DNA of 64,000 bases from Rhynchopus sp. YZ270_cl-10 (GCA_964035575.1 OZ037842.1:434001-498000), one strand, 5' to 3'. Positions 18,950-32,765 are shown, numbered from the stretch's first letter. Program-made: numbers and translations. The notes: generated by a model not told the origin, from the letters alone.

Positions 18950-19518
18950 AATTTTTTCCCACCGAAAATGGTGTTTTTGGACTGTTTCGCACCAGATCTT
19001 TCCAAATATTTTTTTTACGGGCACTTTTGTCAAGTAGGTTTCCCCTTAGACCCCCTAGACCCCTCGTGCAAAAAAAAGGGGCGCACTTTTTTTCAAAAAC
19101 CCGCGGGTACCGGGTACAGACTTAGGATATGCCCTGAACGGTACGGGACTTTTCAACTTACCTTCCTTCACCCCCCCTGTAAGGGCAACCGTAGGTGAAG
19201 TAAGGTATAGTATTGAAATCGATGTGGGGGGGGGGAAAGGGTCAATTTTACAAAACCAGATTTTGAGGAAAATTTTAGCCGAAAATGGGCCCCACGTATA
19301 AGCAACCGGGCTCATATTTCTCAAAATTTAAGTGGTCAAAAAATTGTCCAATTTTCGAGATTGACCCCACCACTGCACGGGCGGATCCCAAAAATGCAAA
19401 TAAGGACCCTTTTTAATTTGTTCTCTTGAAATGTGTAATTTCATGTTTTCGCGAAAAAATAACGACTGATCCCACAAGGGTTGAAGGAAGGTGGTTGAAA
19501 ACAACAATAACAACAAGG

Positions 19519-19950
19519 ACAAGTAATTGCTAAGAAAAAAACGGGGTGTGCTGTGGAAAACCCCGCGCGATTTTCGAAACCACCGTAGCATCCTGGCGAT
19601 TTGCTGGAGGTGCTGATGTGCCTGGTGTGATCGATGTGTTGTAGTCTGTGCATTCTGTGCTTCTTCCGCACTCCAACGACGACGACAATGTGGGGAGCCT
19701 GTGGACAAAAACGAGCTGGAACACGCCGAGCCTGCCGAGCCGACGTCCAACAACGCTATCGAGCAGATGGTGCTGGACGGAGAGGACAGCGCCCCTTCTT
19801 GAACGTTTCAGATGCTGGCGTGGATCTGGCAGCGTACGAAGAGCGTTAACATACCTGCAGAAGAGCAGAATGCTGGACGTGCTGTAGATTATTTCTACAG
19901 GATGGAGTTCCACATCACACCCCGTTTTTTTTCCGATAGCAATTACTTGT
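19519..19950. mobile_element. Inverted-repeat element ACAAGTAATTGCTA...TAGCAATTACTTGT
   Basis: About 40-bp imperfect TIR; no clear TSD. Confidence 0.7.
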
Positions 19951-21920
19951 TTTTTTTTTTTTTTCCTTTTTTCTTTTTTTTTCTTCTCCTTTTTTGGACT
20001 TTCCAGACCGATTGCGGAACGTGGTGGGGTCACACCATATGCAAAAAGCCTATGAGAAAATCCCTAGGGGAAAAAAAAAAATCCTACACAAAAAACCCAT
20101 AGAAAAAAAAAACCCCCCTGTACAAAAAACCCATAGAAATTTTTCTCGGATTCTGAGAATTTCTCAAATCGGGCATCGGAATCACATTGCCCAAACACAC
20201 ATGGTACAGAAGTGTTTTTTTTTTTTTTCTTTAGGTGCGGAAAAATCAAACATTTTTTAGCGATAAACGTTTGTATTATTCTCTTTTGAGAATAATTTTT
20301 AGCAGGTTTTCCCAACAATATTAGAGTGTACCTGACTGCACAGTGCTGCGAGACAAAAAAAAAAAGTTGAAGATGAACCTGAGCCACAATGCTAAGCCAC
20401 CCCACTAGTGGGGAAATAAAAGAGGCTGAAAGTGCAACCGCCTCTGCCGGACATGGAGGACGCAGGGCACTGAAAGAAACGCATACTGGGGGTGGGAGGA
20501 GTGTGTTGATGTCATGTACACCTATTGCCTACAAGAGCAGCGTATACGCTGTTTTTGATTGGCGGGTGCGGGTATGACTTCTTCGGGTAGCAAGCGATAT
20601 GGGGCAAACAGATATCATGAAATCAAAGGGTGACAACGCCTTTCGCAAAAAAAGAAGAAAAAAAAAGAAGATAAATGTGTCGTGCACATCTTTACAAAAA
20701 AAAAAAAAAAAATAGAAAATTGCTGACACAGAACAGCACCGACAACACTCTTGGAGGATATGTCCGGTACAAGAAGCACCGGTTATCCACCGACGTCATC
20801 GCGAAGATCTACAGAACGCACAACCACACAACACCTCGGGTCTGACGGCTGCGTACAGACGGATAAAAAGAGGGGAGGGAACGCTACAAGCCTTCTCTAT
20901 CCAGATCTAGGAGGAAGAGGGAGGGGCACCCACACTTCATGAATAAATCATTAAATCACGAAAAGGGCGGCAACTTCCACGGTGCAATAGGCTGGCGCAT
21001 ACCACGGTTCTATCTACACACAAAAGGTGTGAAACTGTCCCTGGTAGAAGGCAGGCCTGGCACTGCGGTCTCGCGACACCCTTTTCGCCTGGTAAATACA
21101 AAGGATCCTCCAAAGGATACTGTACAAAACACCCGATATGGCACCATTTGGCACTTGAACCACCTAAACCTCTCTTTGTAGCATTGACATACCAAATAGA
21201 AGAAAAAGTTGAGGTGAACCTAATATTTATCCTCTGTGCTTGGTCACCTTAATCACCAATCGTTGTCGCGCAGTATGAGTTGCGCGGTATTCCACAAGGG
21301 CAATGTTGGGGGTAAATGTCATTTTTCCAAAACAAAACAAAAAAGGTTGGTAAGATGAGTCTAAACTTCGCTAGAATACCGTCAAAAAACTAAACCAACA
21401 TTTTGCCATTTGATTTGTCCACTCTACTACTGTGTCTTTTGTTTTTTTTCGCTGACCGCAGTACACTGCGTGTAACCAAAAAAGAAACTAGAAATGTCTC
21501 ACATTTTCATCAAAATATTTGAAATACAAAGCCTTCTCCTGACAGATATGTACATTGATTTTGTGACCAATAAACATAAAATTGAACGATGAAAGATGGA
21601 CGAGCCTCACGGGAGCACACATTTTCTTTATATGGGGCACAATACATCAATTTGTAGGAGGAACAACAACGTGAAGTTGATAGTGCAAAACGCCTCTGGG
21701 ACGCAGGGCACTTGACACTCCGTGGGTTTATCGAACCCCTCGGAATGTTGCAACAAAAGTGTCCTCGATTCCCTTGATGCGTCCCCTTTTGATTGCCAAG
21801 CAGCGGGAAAGGATGGAGGGAGAGGGGAGGGGCTTGGAAAGCAATGAAGGGACAATGTTGTGAGACGGAGTGTGTACTCAGTTGGCGGGCATTGAGGTAT
21901 GCCAGCCAAAGGTGCACAAC

Positions 21921-22002
21921 GGTGACGCAAATGACTTGACTTGTGGTTTCACCATTATCTTTTTACGACAATGAAACCACAAGCCAAGCCATTTGCTTCA
22001 CC
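21921..22002. repeat. ~80-bp imperfect palindrome
   Basis: GGTGACGCAAATGACTTGACTTGTGGTTTCA / TGAAACCACAAGCCAAGCCATTTGCTTCACC. Confidence 0.8.
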
Positions 22003-24058
22003 ATCGTGTGGGGATGGGGGGAGGTTTATAAGATCCTCCTAAGCCTCTTATCTGGTCCCTCCAACAGAATTATAGAGAGTTGAAAGTGCAAAAAAACACC
22101 TGAGATCACCGATCTTTACACAAAAAAAAATGTAAATACTCAGAGAAGGTAGGTAAGATGGTTATAAGCCTCTTACATAATTTTGCCTGAGATTTGGTGG
22201 GGTTTTGGTGGTGTTTAAATCCCACCAAACTCCACCAATCTCCAAACTCCAATAAAATTTCAGGCAAAATCAGGTGGTCTGACCTTGTTCCACTGACTTA
22301 TTTTTCTTTAATTTTATTTTTCTTTAAATTCTTGGACGAGACGTACAGACCTCAGGGGCACACACTTTTTTCTACAACACAACTTTTTGTGTGATAGTAG
22401 TCCGTGGTACCCCTCGTAAGGGCAAAAAAGGCATAGCTGGGGTGGAGAGGGGGAGAATACACTAGTCTAATTTATTGTATCCGTTATTGGGTGCCGAAAA
22501 AAAAAACTCTTTCTTTCTTGATCCCATCGGATTTTTTTTTCTTTCCGGGGCGCTATCAATAAACAGTCTGTGGAAGGTAGAGTGGAAGTACATAACAAAC
22601 CAAAAACAATTGTAGTTTCGTATTTTTTAATACAAAACAAAAAAATAAAACCCCACGGCACCTTGAACCAAAGGATAGTAGGATAGCTAAACAAAAAAAG
22701 CAAAAAAAAATAATAATAATGAAAACTTGTTTGAATAGTGTAGTTGCTTGCACAGGTGGCAACTGCACTATTCCAAACAAAAAAAAACAAAAAACACACA
22801 ACCAAGGGATGATAATAAGACGAAAGGTGGAGAAAACTGAAGCGCAGACACTTCTGTGTGCGGGCTGTGACGGACGCGGGGTGGTCTCTTTGTGGAACTT
22901 TTTCAGTCCAGACAGAGGAACAGCCTTCGCGCTATTCACGGGGGGAAGTACTCAACATTTAAAATACATTACCCCCCCTTGCTATTTCGTAGCACGTTCG
23001 GTGCTTTTTTTGAGGTAAACTCACGAACACCAGACATTTTTTTTTTTTTTCGTTTTCGGGGGAGAAAAAGAAAGATAAATGTGCCCCTAGGACGCATCTA
23101 ATAGAAAGAGAAAGTTGAAAGTGCAAACGCCTCACCGTTCATCGGCGAACGTAGGCACTGTTTTATAAAAAGAAAATTGGTAATCTGACCTAAGCGTTCA
23201 CTCGCGAGAGCAAAGGTCCATTTCGATTGTGTTTGGTTAATGCGCCAAAACCGAACCAAACCCCTGTGGGTATGTGATAATGATGATGGACCGCACAGTG
23301 TGGAAGAGGAGAAAGAAGGGGTTTGTAAGATGCGTCTGAGCCGTGGCTTAGTCACCTTAAGTAACCTCGTTGATAAGAATGTGCCTCTCACACATAATTT
23401 TAAGACAAAGAGAAGAAGAAAAAAAATGAAGTAGACAGCCAACGGCTTCACTATGGAGAAGAAAAACCGCGATTTTACCTCGTCACCTTCACAGTGGATA
23501 TGAAACAAGGTTGGTGGGTTACACCCTGCAAGAGAACAAAACAAGAAAAAAAAACAAGATAATAATACCTGCGTGTACAACTCACAAAATAAAAAAAAAA
23601 GGAGAAAATTTGAGAAGACGAATCTGAGTTTCGCACCTATAAAAAAAAAAGAATGGGGTCTGCGTTTTTGGGGGGTATATTTCTTGTACCATCACCAGCG
23701 ACGATGGCACACACCCACACAAAGAAAAGGCTGTAGATCCGATACGTTCCATGCCTCCCCCCTCGACACACAAACACACAGGTTTGGGGATATTCTAAGA
23801 ATTACCCCCGACTAATTATCAAACACAAACACACAGTAATGGCATATGGTGCCATGTCTGGTATTCTCATAATCTCAGAAGTTCGTACAACTTCGTGCAG
23901 AAGGCACTTTTGCATCAAAGGGAAAAATAGAACGTTTTATTTTTGAACCTAGGCAGAAACATGAATGACACATCTAAGGAGAAACGGTACTGCCATTTTT
24001 GGTTTAGTATTTCTTCGGACAACAAAAAGATATGACCAGTACGGAGCATTTTTCATTA

Positions 24059-24432
24059 CAGTAAGACAACAAACACCGGTGGGGTAAAAATATAGGTGGG
24101 GTAAAAACATCGGAGGGGTAAAAACTAAGGTGGATTTTGGAATTTCAAAATTCTAAGGAGGGTTTTTACCCCTCCGATGTTTTTACCCCAACGGTGTTTT
24201 TACCCTGGGCATGAGAATTTTGATGGCAAGCCCCACCCTTTTCCCCAATATCTCACCTCATTTCCCCATATTTTCCATGTTGACCCAAAGTATCATGCCC
24301 ACTGGTATAAACATCGGTGGGGTAGGAACATAGGTGGGGTAAAAACACCGGAGGGGTAAAAACTAAGGTGGATTTTGGGATTTCAAAACTCTAAGGAGGG
24401 TTTTTACCCCACCGATGTTTGTTGTCATACTG
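24059..24432. mobile_element. Tc1/mariner-type MITE (CAGT...ACTG, TA TSD)
   Basis: About 33-bp TIR with TA flanks and internal GGTGGGGTAAAAAC repeats; related to 56674-57062. Confidence 0.85.
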
Positions 24433-24566
24433 TATATTACTTTTATTCGCGACAATCACCTCACTACTCACCTTTGCTTCACTTAGGCCTGCCCTAGGCA
24501 CCAATACCCCGCCTAATTTACCTCTCTCTCTCTAGCAGATTTTATGAAAAAGAAAGACCCTTTTTT

Positions 24567-27500
24567 TCATTTCAACTCAGGGACATCGTTCAGGACCATC
24601 GGCTCCGGCGCTTCACGGGTGCTACGCAGTATATTGAGAAGAGAAGTGATGAGTCCTTGGTCTGGTACAGAGCATCTCCGGAGGTCTTCCTCTGCCTCTT
24701 CCAGCTTTCCTTGGTATATGGACGACATGGCTGTGTTGTAGTAGTTGAAAGGGTCCTTTGCGGCAGCTTGCTCGAGCTGGTACATCCACTCTTCCCCGGA
24801 CTCTTCGGCGCGTAGGGAGACAAGCTCGTGGAGGATGGTTGCTTTGCCGCCTTTGACCGACACTTTGATGATCTTTTTGAGAAGGCACCGCTGCTTCGCC
24901 TCTGACGCAATGTCGCCGTCGCAGACAATAGAAAACCCCCACTTCCGCCCGCAACGCTCAAAGACACGCGCCTGGACCGCAACAGGCCCTATGATGGCGT
25001 ACTTCTTCAGCCCTGTGCACCCGGTGTTCCCGCACATCGCTTTCCCGGAGGAGGCGGCGCAGTTCATGACTACACGGGTGCCCAGTGTGTCGCGTGCGTG
25101 GTACGCCAGCTCCATGCTTTTGCTTCGGTAGTTCGCCGAAGAGATGATAGTGTTGAAAGAGATCGTGATGCGGTCGCCCGACACTTCGTCGACAATGCCG
25201 CGGAGGCCTTTGGCAGCGTTGACGAAGGTTTCGATGTATAGTGAAAGTGTCTCAGAGACCTTGGTGTGGCTTGTGATCTGATGCATGTCAGCAACGTTCG
25301 CAACAAGCATTGCAACGCTCTTCGTCTTCAGGCCGTTCCCGAACACCAACACCGCATGCGAGAGGGACGACCCCGTGAAGCCGCTCTTCTGCGACAGCGC
25401 TGCTCCGCTCTTGATAGAAACTGTCTCCCTCGTGGAGACATGCAAGGTGGTATCGTCCTCCGACATCGTATCGACCAGCACACTCTGTGGAAGGTACTGA
25501 CGGTACTCAACAAGGTTTTTCATCATCTGTTTGAAGGACTTCTCCATGCCATGAACTTCTGCGAGTGAACTCAGTGGTCGAGCAGCGTCAACGTGATCCA
25601 AGTCCATGACAGCAACGTGTGACATGTCCTCCATGAGTTGGATCAGAGGCTTTGTGATGCGGAAGACAAGGTACACCGTCAGCCCAATAGGGATCAGCGC
25701 AGCAACGACAACAACAATGTAGAGAATCATGCGTGCCTTTTCAAGGTCGTCGTCCACTTTGGATTCAGACTTGCGGATGTCCTCCTGTGTTGCTGTGTTC
25801 AGGGCGTCCACCTCACCGAGAAGGTACTCTCTGTCCACCAATGCCACCACGTACCAGTTCAGGCCACGTCCGTTGTTGAACACTTCGACCCTGTTGTGTG
25901 CAGGTGTGCATGCGAAAGTGGTGTGGTGCATACCTCATGTAGAAACCTTCGCCAGCAGGCGTGCGGTTGGTCGGCAGTGTGAAGTAGTGCGGCACGCTCT
26001 GTGTGTAGAAGACTTCTGCGTTCGAGACGTTTGTGCCGTTGACCAGCACAACCTGCTCCAGGTAGCGCACTGTGTTCGACACCAGCTCGTCCGAGCAGTT
26101 CCATGCAGGCATCGGTTCGTTCGAGTGCTCATCGCTGGCTAGGTCGCTCCAACTTTTGCGGAAGGAACTGAAAAAAGTAGATTTGACAGACACAAATATA
26201 AAGGTGAAGTTGATAGTGCAAAACGCCTCTGGGACGCAGGCACTGACACTCCGCGGGTTATCGAACCCCGGAGTGTTGCGCTTGGGTGAGGTTTACAGGG
26301 AAGCTGTAAGCAGGTATACAGTCATTACCCCACCCTGACCGGGAAGGGGGGACAACATGATTTAGAGATTCAAGAAAAGCACGTGTTTTGGCACACAACA
26401 CTGGGCGTCTGCTGAATCCGATGAGCGCCGGGGCGCCGACGGAACGGAGGGAGTGCACACGATCCCTCTTCACACCAGGGAATGGGTGCGGCGTAGTTTC
26501 GCTGTTAAAGCCCGCATGTTAGCCTTGACGATGAGCCTTTGCATGACCCGCCCACGCTCGCGGATAATAGAGGTCTGTTTGGCGAGGAAGACCCTTGTGC
26601 GCAATTCAAAGTCGACCGCGAGCTCGACCATATAAAATCAATTTCATCTACTTTCCATTCCAGAGAAAGCACACAAAGGATGCTCAAAAAATAAAATAAA
26701 GCAAAACATACGTCCCGTGAGAAGTGCCCGTCATGTAGCCGGTCTGCTGCCCTGTCCACATATCGTGCCTCACCATGGAGAAGATGCGCCCAAGCGAACC
26801 AACCCCGAGCTGCAGAGACTGAAGGAATGTTGAGATCTTCCGAAGGTCGTCCCCTGCGTACACGATGCCGAGACGCTCGCCGCTCTGCATGTCTGCGTAG
26901 ACACACTGCGAGAGCACGCCTGCGTAGGGCCCGAGGGAGACGAGAGGGGTGAACATGCCGACGCCAATGGGCTGGTAGTTGAGGAGATCGAGATGGGTAC
27001 TCTTGAGGTTGTAATCTGGCAGGATGCAGGGTGGGTCGAGGGAGGCACCGTCGGACTGCACGCCTGTAACGCCGAGGCCTTCGCATGCGGGGAAGGTTTC
27101 GTAGCTCTGCGGGTAGGCATAAGGGTCGCCTGAGCCGTCGGGAACGATGTCGACCTGCATGGTGCGCACCTCAGCCTTGAGGCCGGAGGGTGTCGTGGCG
27201 TCGTTGGCCGAGCCGTTGTTGACGTTGGCAAAGAAGTGGCGGTACGCACCAGGTGCAGCATTGAACGTTGCGACACTCTCAAAAGTCTGAAACGATTGGA
27301 ATGCAGCTGTGACAATGCCCACCCCCGTCGTGTCGTAGGTGTGCACCATGTGGTACATCTCCTTCCGCCAGCTGTAGATGTAGTCCCAAGAAGTAAGAGT
27401 CGCCCGCGGCTCAGTCATCATCTGCCTGCACATACGCTCAGGGTACTGTTGTGTGTTGATGTAGAACGACTCAAACTGTCTGACAGTGCTCCTCGCCTGC

Positions 27501-27703
27501 TGGTTGAGATAGTCCTCCACAACCTTGATCATCGTGCTCTGCCCCACATCAAACGCAGCCTTCACAGAAGTGTCGCGTGACGTCTGTGTGTCCGACAGTG
27601 CCGTGTCCCCACTCCACACAGCAAGCGATGTGCACAGCGTCGCCACCACAACAATGCACACCACCACCAGACCCACATTCAGCGCACGGATTGAGACAAT
27701 CAT
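24567..27703 (-). CDS. Receptor-type adenylate/guanylate cyclase-like membrane protein, paralog 1 (exons 27703-26712, 26167-25934, 25890-24567; 849 aa)
   Basis: GTATG...CAG introns of 544 and 43 nt join three ORFs in frame (2550 nt). Domains: N-terminal TM, extracellular region, second TM (ILYIVVVVAALIPIGLTVYLV), HAMP-like ITKPLIQL...SFKQM, cyclase-fold motifs VDEVSGD, G..G.KKYAIIG and VSVKGG. Confidence 0.85.
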
Positions 27704-28321
27704 TATAATTTATTTTCTCTTCTTTTTTCTTCCCCCTCCCTTCCCTCCACAAAAATAAGCTTCTTGTGTGTATCTGGTGGTTGGTGGTATTTTTCCCCCT
27801 CCCCTAGTATTTACATTCTTGTCTTGGGTCTAATACATGCACCTAAAGGAGTTCGAGAACTTCAAAAACAAATAAATATTAATGCTAGCAAAGAGGTTAG
27901 ATGAGCCTTTGTAGTGCAAACATAAACGATATTTGGACCACTTGAAATATAGTATATTATCTTCGGGCGATCCAAGTATAAACAAACATGTCACCATAGG
28001 AATATGAGACGTTTGTGAATGCTAGAACCAACAACAGAGGTGTTCAGAAGAGCATGTCTCATGTTGGAGGGAGAACGGGGGGTGTAAAGGCCTCCAGTCT
28101 TGGCGGGGAACAGTCCTTCATTGATCCGTTAACGCAAGCTGTATGAGGGAGGTGGAGCAAGATGATGAGCAGTCTTCACGAGGTTGTGTGTTGGTGGTGC
28201 ATGGTGTAATGAGTCCTCTGACGTAGCTTCGGTGCTCACATCACCTTCGCTACACATTTGAAGGTCACGCTTCAGCAATACGGTCATGAGGTCGTGGTGG
28301 CGTGCTTGAGTGGAGCAGTGC

Positions 28322-31237
28322 TTAGGCATCCCCTGCAGCAAGGGCCAAATCACCAACGTATGCAAGACGAATAGGAACAGGAGCACTCCCACTGATGCGC
28401 GCCGTTGAAATCATCTTCTTAACCAACTCAAGACCCTCAGCTGTGCACCCTTTCAGAGCCTCCTCAGCCTCGTCCAGCTTGTTGTCATACAGCAGCACCA
28501 CAGCTGAGTTCATCTTCGTGTACGGGTCCTGAGCAGCAGCGCTTTCCAGTTGGTACATCCACTCCTCGTTTTGTCCTGCCTCCCGAGCAGCAACAACCTC
28601 ACTCAGCAAAGTGGTCTTCCTGTTGGCACGTTTCGCCTTCACGAAGCTGCGGATGGTGAAGTGCGAGTCAATCGCCTTCCCCACATCACCATCCGCCAGG
28701 ACACCGACACCCCACTTGCTTCCACAACGCTCGAGGGAACGTACGTCTGTTGCGACAGACCCAATCACGCCGTACTTCTTCAGCCCTGTGCAACCCACAG
28801 TCCCGCACACTGCACTGCCTGAGCCAATGGCCACGTTGACGGAAATTCCAGAATTCATGCGATTCCGCACAGCAAGTGCGTACTCTGCAGCATGCACTTT
28901 GTGTGACGCACAGCCAGTGACTGTGTTGAAGCACACAGTCACCTTGTCACCCGACATGTCGTCCACAATGCCACGTGCCGCCTTCGCTGACTCGAGGAGA
29001 ACCTCCAAGTACGAGCTGAGTGTGCTGACGACCTTGTTCTGTTCAGTGGCGTGGAGGGAATTAATGTTCGACAGAGCAATCGATACGTGCTTCGATTTTA
29101 CAGCAACACTGAACGCGGCAGCTGCTGCCCGCATTGAATGTGAAGTTCCAGAAACAGCACTCTCGCTTAAACTGTGTTTGCTCACGATTCCAGTTGATGT
29201 GTCTTCTTCTGCTTCCGTCTCTTCTGTCGCACTGTCAACAAGCACACTCTGTGGAAGGTACTGACGGTACTCAACAAGGTTTTTCATCATCTGTTTGAAG
29301 GACTGCTCCATTGCACACACCTCTGAGAGTGAACTCAGTGGTCTGGAAGCATCAACACTACTTAAATCCATGACAGCAACGTGTGACATGTCCTCCATGA
29401 GTTGGATCAGAGGCTTTGTGATGCGGAAGACAAGGTACACCGTCAGCCCAATAGGGATCAGCGCAGCAACGACAACAACAATGTAGAGAATCATGCGTGC
29501 CTTTTCAAGGTCGTCGTCCACTTTGGATTCAGACTTGCGGATGTCCTCCTGTGTTGCTGTGTTCAGGGCGTCCACCTCACCGAGAAGGTACTCCCTGTCC
29601 ACCAATGCCACCACGTACCAGTTCAGACCACGTCCGTTGTTAAACACTTCGACCCTGTTGTGTGCAGGTGTGCATGCGAAAGTGGTGTGGTGCATACCTC
29701 ATGTAGAAACCTTCGCCAGCAGGCGTGCGGTTGGTCGGCAGTGTGAAGTAGTGCGGCACGCTCTGTGTGTAGAAGACTTCTGCGTTCGAGACGTTTGTGC
29801 CGTTGACCAGCACAACCTGCTCCAGGTAGCGCACTGTGTTCGACACCAGCTCGTCCGAGCAGTTCCATGCAGGCATCGGTTCGTTCAGGACTTGGTCGTC
29901 GGATGGGTTCTCCCAACGTAAACGGAAGGAACTGAAAAAAAGTGGAGTTGACAGACGAATAGAAACTTAACACTCATCACACAATAAAACCCATGGGAGA
30001 GGTTGTGGTGAAACGCACACACCTCGACTTGTTTGATGAGGAGTGGCTCTGCAGCGCGGTTCATCCCTAGAACCGCAAGTGTGTTCAAAATGTTTTGTTT
30101 CTATTTCCTCCTTCATTTCATGAGGACACAAATGCGAAATCTATTTCATATTCTTTCCATTCAGAGAATAGAAGAAGCAACAGAGAAGAGAAGGCGCACA
30201 AAGGACGTTCAAAAACAATAGTTAAAATAAAGCAAAACATACGTCCCGTGAGAAGTGCCCGTCATGTAGCCGGTCTGCTGCCCTGTCCACATATCGTGCC
30301 TCACCATGGAGAAGATGCGCCCAAGCGAACCAACCCCGAGCTGCAGAGACTGAAGGAATGTTGAGATCTTCCGAAGGTCGTCCCCTGCGTACACGATGCC
30401 GAGACGCTCGCCGCTCTGCATGTCTTCGTAAACACACTGCGAGAGCACGCCTGCGTAGGGCCCGAGGGAGACGAGCGGTGTGAACATGCCGACGCCTATG
30501 GGCTGGTAGTCAAGGAGAGCGAGATGGGTGTGCTTGAGGTTGTAGCCGGGCTTGATGCAGGGTGGGTCGAGGGAGGCACCATCGGACCGCACGCCTGTAG
30601 TGCCGAGGCCTTCGCATGATGCGGGGAAGGTTTCGTAGCTCTGCGGGTAGGCATAAGGGTCGCCTGAGCCGTCGGGAACGATGTCGACCTGCATGGTGCG
30701 CACCTCAGCCTTGAGGCCGGAGGGTGTCGTGGCGTCGTAGGCCGAGCCGTTGTTGACGTTGGCAAAGAAGTGGCGGTACGCACCAGGTGCAGCATTGAAC
30801 GTTGCGACACTCTCATAAGTCTGAAACGTTTGAAACGCAGCTGTGACAATGCCCACCCCCGTCGTGTCGTAGGTGTGCACCATGTGGTACATCTCCTTCC
30901 GCCAGCTGTAGATGTAGTCCCAAGAAGTAAGAGTCGCCCGCGGCTCAGTCATCATCTGCCTGCACATACGCTCAGGGTACTGTTGTGTGTTGATGTAGAA
31001 CGACTCAAACTGTCTGACAGTGGTCCTCGCCTGTTGGTTGAGATAGTCCTCCACAACCTTGATCATCGTGCTCTGCCCCACATCAAACGCAGCCTTCACA
31101 GAAGTGTCGCGTGACGTCTGTGTGTTCGACAGTGCCGTGTCCCCACTCCACACAGCAAGCGATGTGCACAGCGTCGCCACCACAACAATGCACACCACCA
31201 CCAGACCCACATTCAGCGCACGGATTGAGACAATCAT
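28322..31237 (-). CDS. Receptor-type cyclase-like membrane protein, paralog 2 (exons 31237-30243, 29931-29698, 29654-28322; 853 aa)
   Basis: GT-AG introns of 311 and 43 nt give an in-frame 2562-nt CDS. Exon 1 is nearly identical to paralog 1; the cyclase-like domain is nearly identical to paralogs 4 and 5. Confidence 0.85.
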
Positions 31238-32363
31238 TATAATTTATTTTCTCTTCTTTTTTCTTCCCCCTCCCTTCCCTCCACAAAAATAAGCCTCTTG
31301 TGTGTATCTGGTGTTTGACGGTTTTTTTTTTTTTTTTTTTTTTTTCCACATCAATTTTTTTTGAAAATTTTTTGGAATAGTGTAGTTGCCCTGCATTTTT
31401 TGTAGCACAACAAATCTTACAGCATGCATCGACACAAACGACTGAGGAGGAACGACAATGGATAGGTGGGTTAAAAAAAGTCTTTTTTTTTGTTGGGTAT
31501 GAGGACCAGATAAATAGGTCTCCGTCTGTGCTACCTTCACAGTGTTAAATGGGGTGTTAAGATAGGGAGGTTATGTGAGAGGGGAAGGGAAGTGAAGCAA
31601 TAAAGTATCAATATGCAGATGCAGAAATTAAAAAAGAAGAAGAAAGAAAATAAAGAGAAAAAAAATGGGCCTTTCAGAATGCTCTGAAAGGAATATGGTA
31701 TACAGATTCGCCATTTTATAAACGAATCAAAAAAGTTTCGCCCAAAAAAAAAAAAAAAAGAAATAAACGTTTATAAGATGACCTAAGCCTCTCATGCTTA
31801 GTCACCTTGCAATGAAGAAAAGAAAAAGCGGTGTGGCGTTTTTATTTTACAACATCTCCAACCAAATGAAGGAGCCAAACGCCTTTCCTCAGAAGGCGTA
31901 AAACAAAGCCTTGGTATAGCGACGTAAGTCTCGCAGCTGAGTCACCTTGTATTTTTTGTTTCATATACTAACTATTCTACTGAATCGAACAGGGGGCCCC
32001 GCTACCGTTTTAAGGTACCGCCTTGTATTTTTTTATAAAAGAAAACATCAAAAAATGAGACAATTGCCTCAATACACTGCATGCAGTGAACAAAATAACG
32101 TATCTTTTTTTTTGGATTTTTTTTTGGACAAAAAACTGATTCCGGTTAGGGGGCTTTGGGGCGGTGGTGTCTGGAACTGGCTGCTGGGGGGGAGAAAGCA
32201 GCTTTATTTTTCTACACTGTCAATAAAATGGATCAGCAGAAAAAGGATTGTCCAAGTACACGAAAAGAGAGAGCAAAGCTAATAGCGTTAAAGAGGTGGA
32301 AGTGGAACACTTCAGGCAGGGGGCCTTGAGGGCTGACCCTAAAACCCTAAAATCTACTTTTAT

Positions 32364-32765
32364 CCACCTGATTTTGAAGCACCTTGGGGGGCATTGGGGA
32401 CATTGTGAGGCAGGTGCCTGTTTGTGTAGGTGGCCCACCTGATTTTTACCCCGCGGATATGTCCGGACAGATCAGGACAGTGCCGGAAAGGTCCAGAAAA
32501 CTGATATCCTGTGTAAAACTGCACTGGGCACTGGGTATTTTGGGGGCGGAAGAGGGGTGACTATTTGCCTGAGAAGGATGTGTTTGGACTCACTCCGCCC
32601 CTCTTCATCACTCTTGCGCCAAGGAAACCATCGGACAAACAGGGGTACAAGTTCCCGTGAGCAAACGGGTGGGGTACCCAGTAACCAGAACACCCAAAAC
32701 CAAAATAAAAAAACGCGCGTTGGGGGACATTGGGGGGGTTTGCTGCTTTTTTCAAAATCAGGTGG
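32364..32765. mobile_element. CCACCTG-family MITE with 5-bp TSD TTTAT
   Basis: TIR CCACCTGATTTTGAA / TTCAAAATCAGGTGG with TTTAT on both sides. Confidence 0.82.

Larger units (their letters stand above)
17730..19136. mobile_element. hAT-like MITE carrying two inverted TACTGTGTG satellite arrays
   Basis: TIR CAGGGCATATCCTAA / TTAGGATATGCCCTG with 8-bp TSD AACGGTAC. Confidence 0.88.

Noticed and set aside
17552..19198. ORFs with TQY/HST/VLC/CVY repeats (also 4235-4946)
   Set aside because: Translations of the TACTGTG(TG) minisatellites.
25891..25933. Apparent frameshifts suggesting pseudogenes or non-canonical introns in the receptor genes
   Set aside because: All are resolved by canonical GT-AG introns that restore frame in all five paralogs.
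28611..29264. Plus-strand ORFs overlapping the receptor genes (also 53045-53914, 54967-55629, 60604-61254)
   Set aside because: Antisense shadows of codon-biased minus-strand exons.
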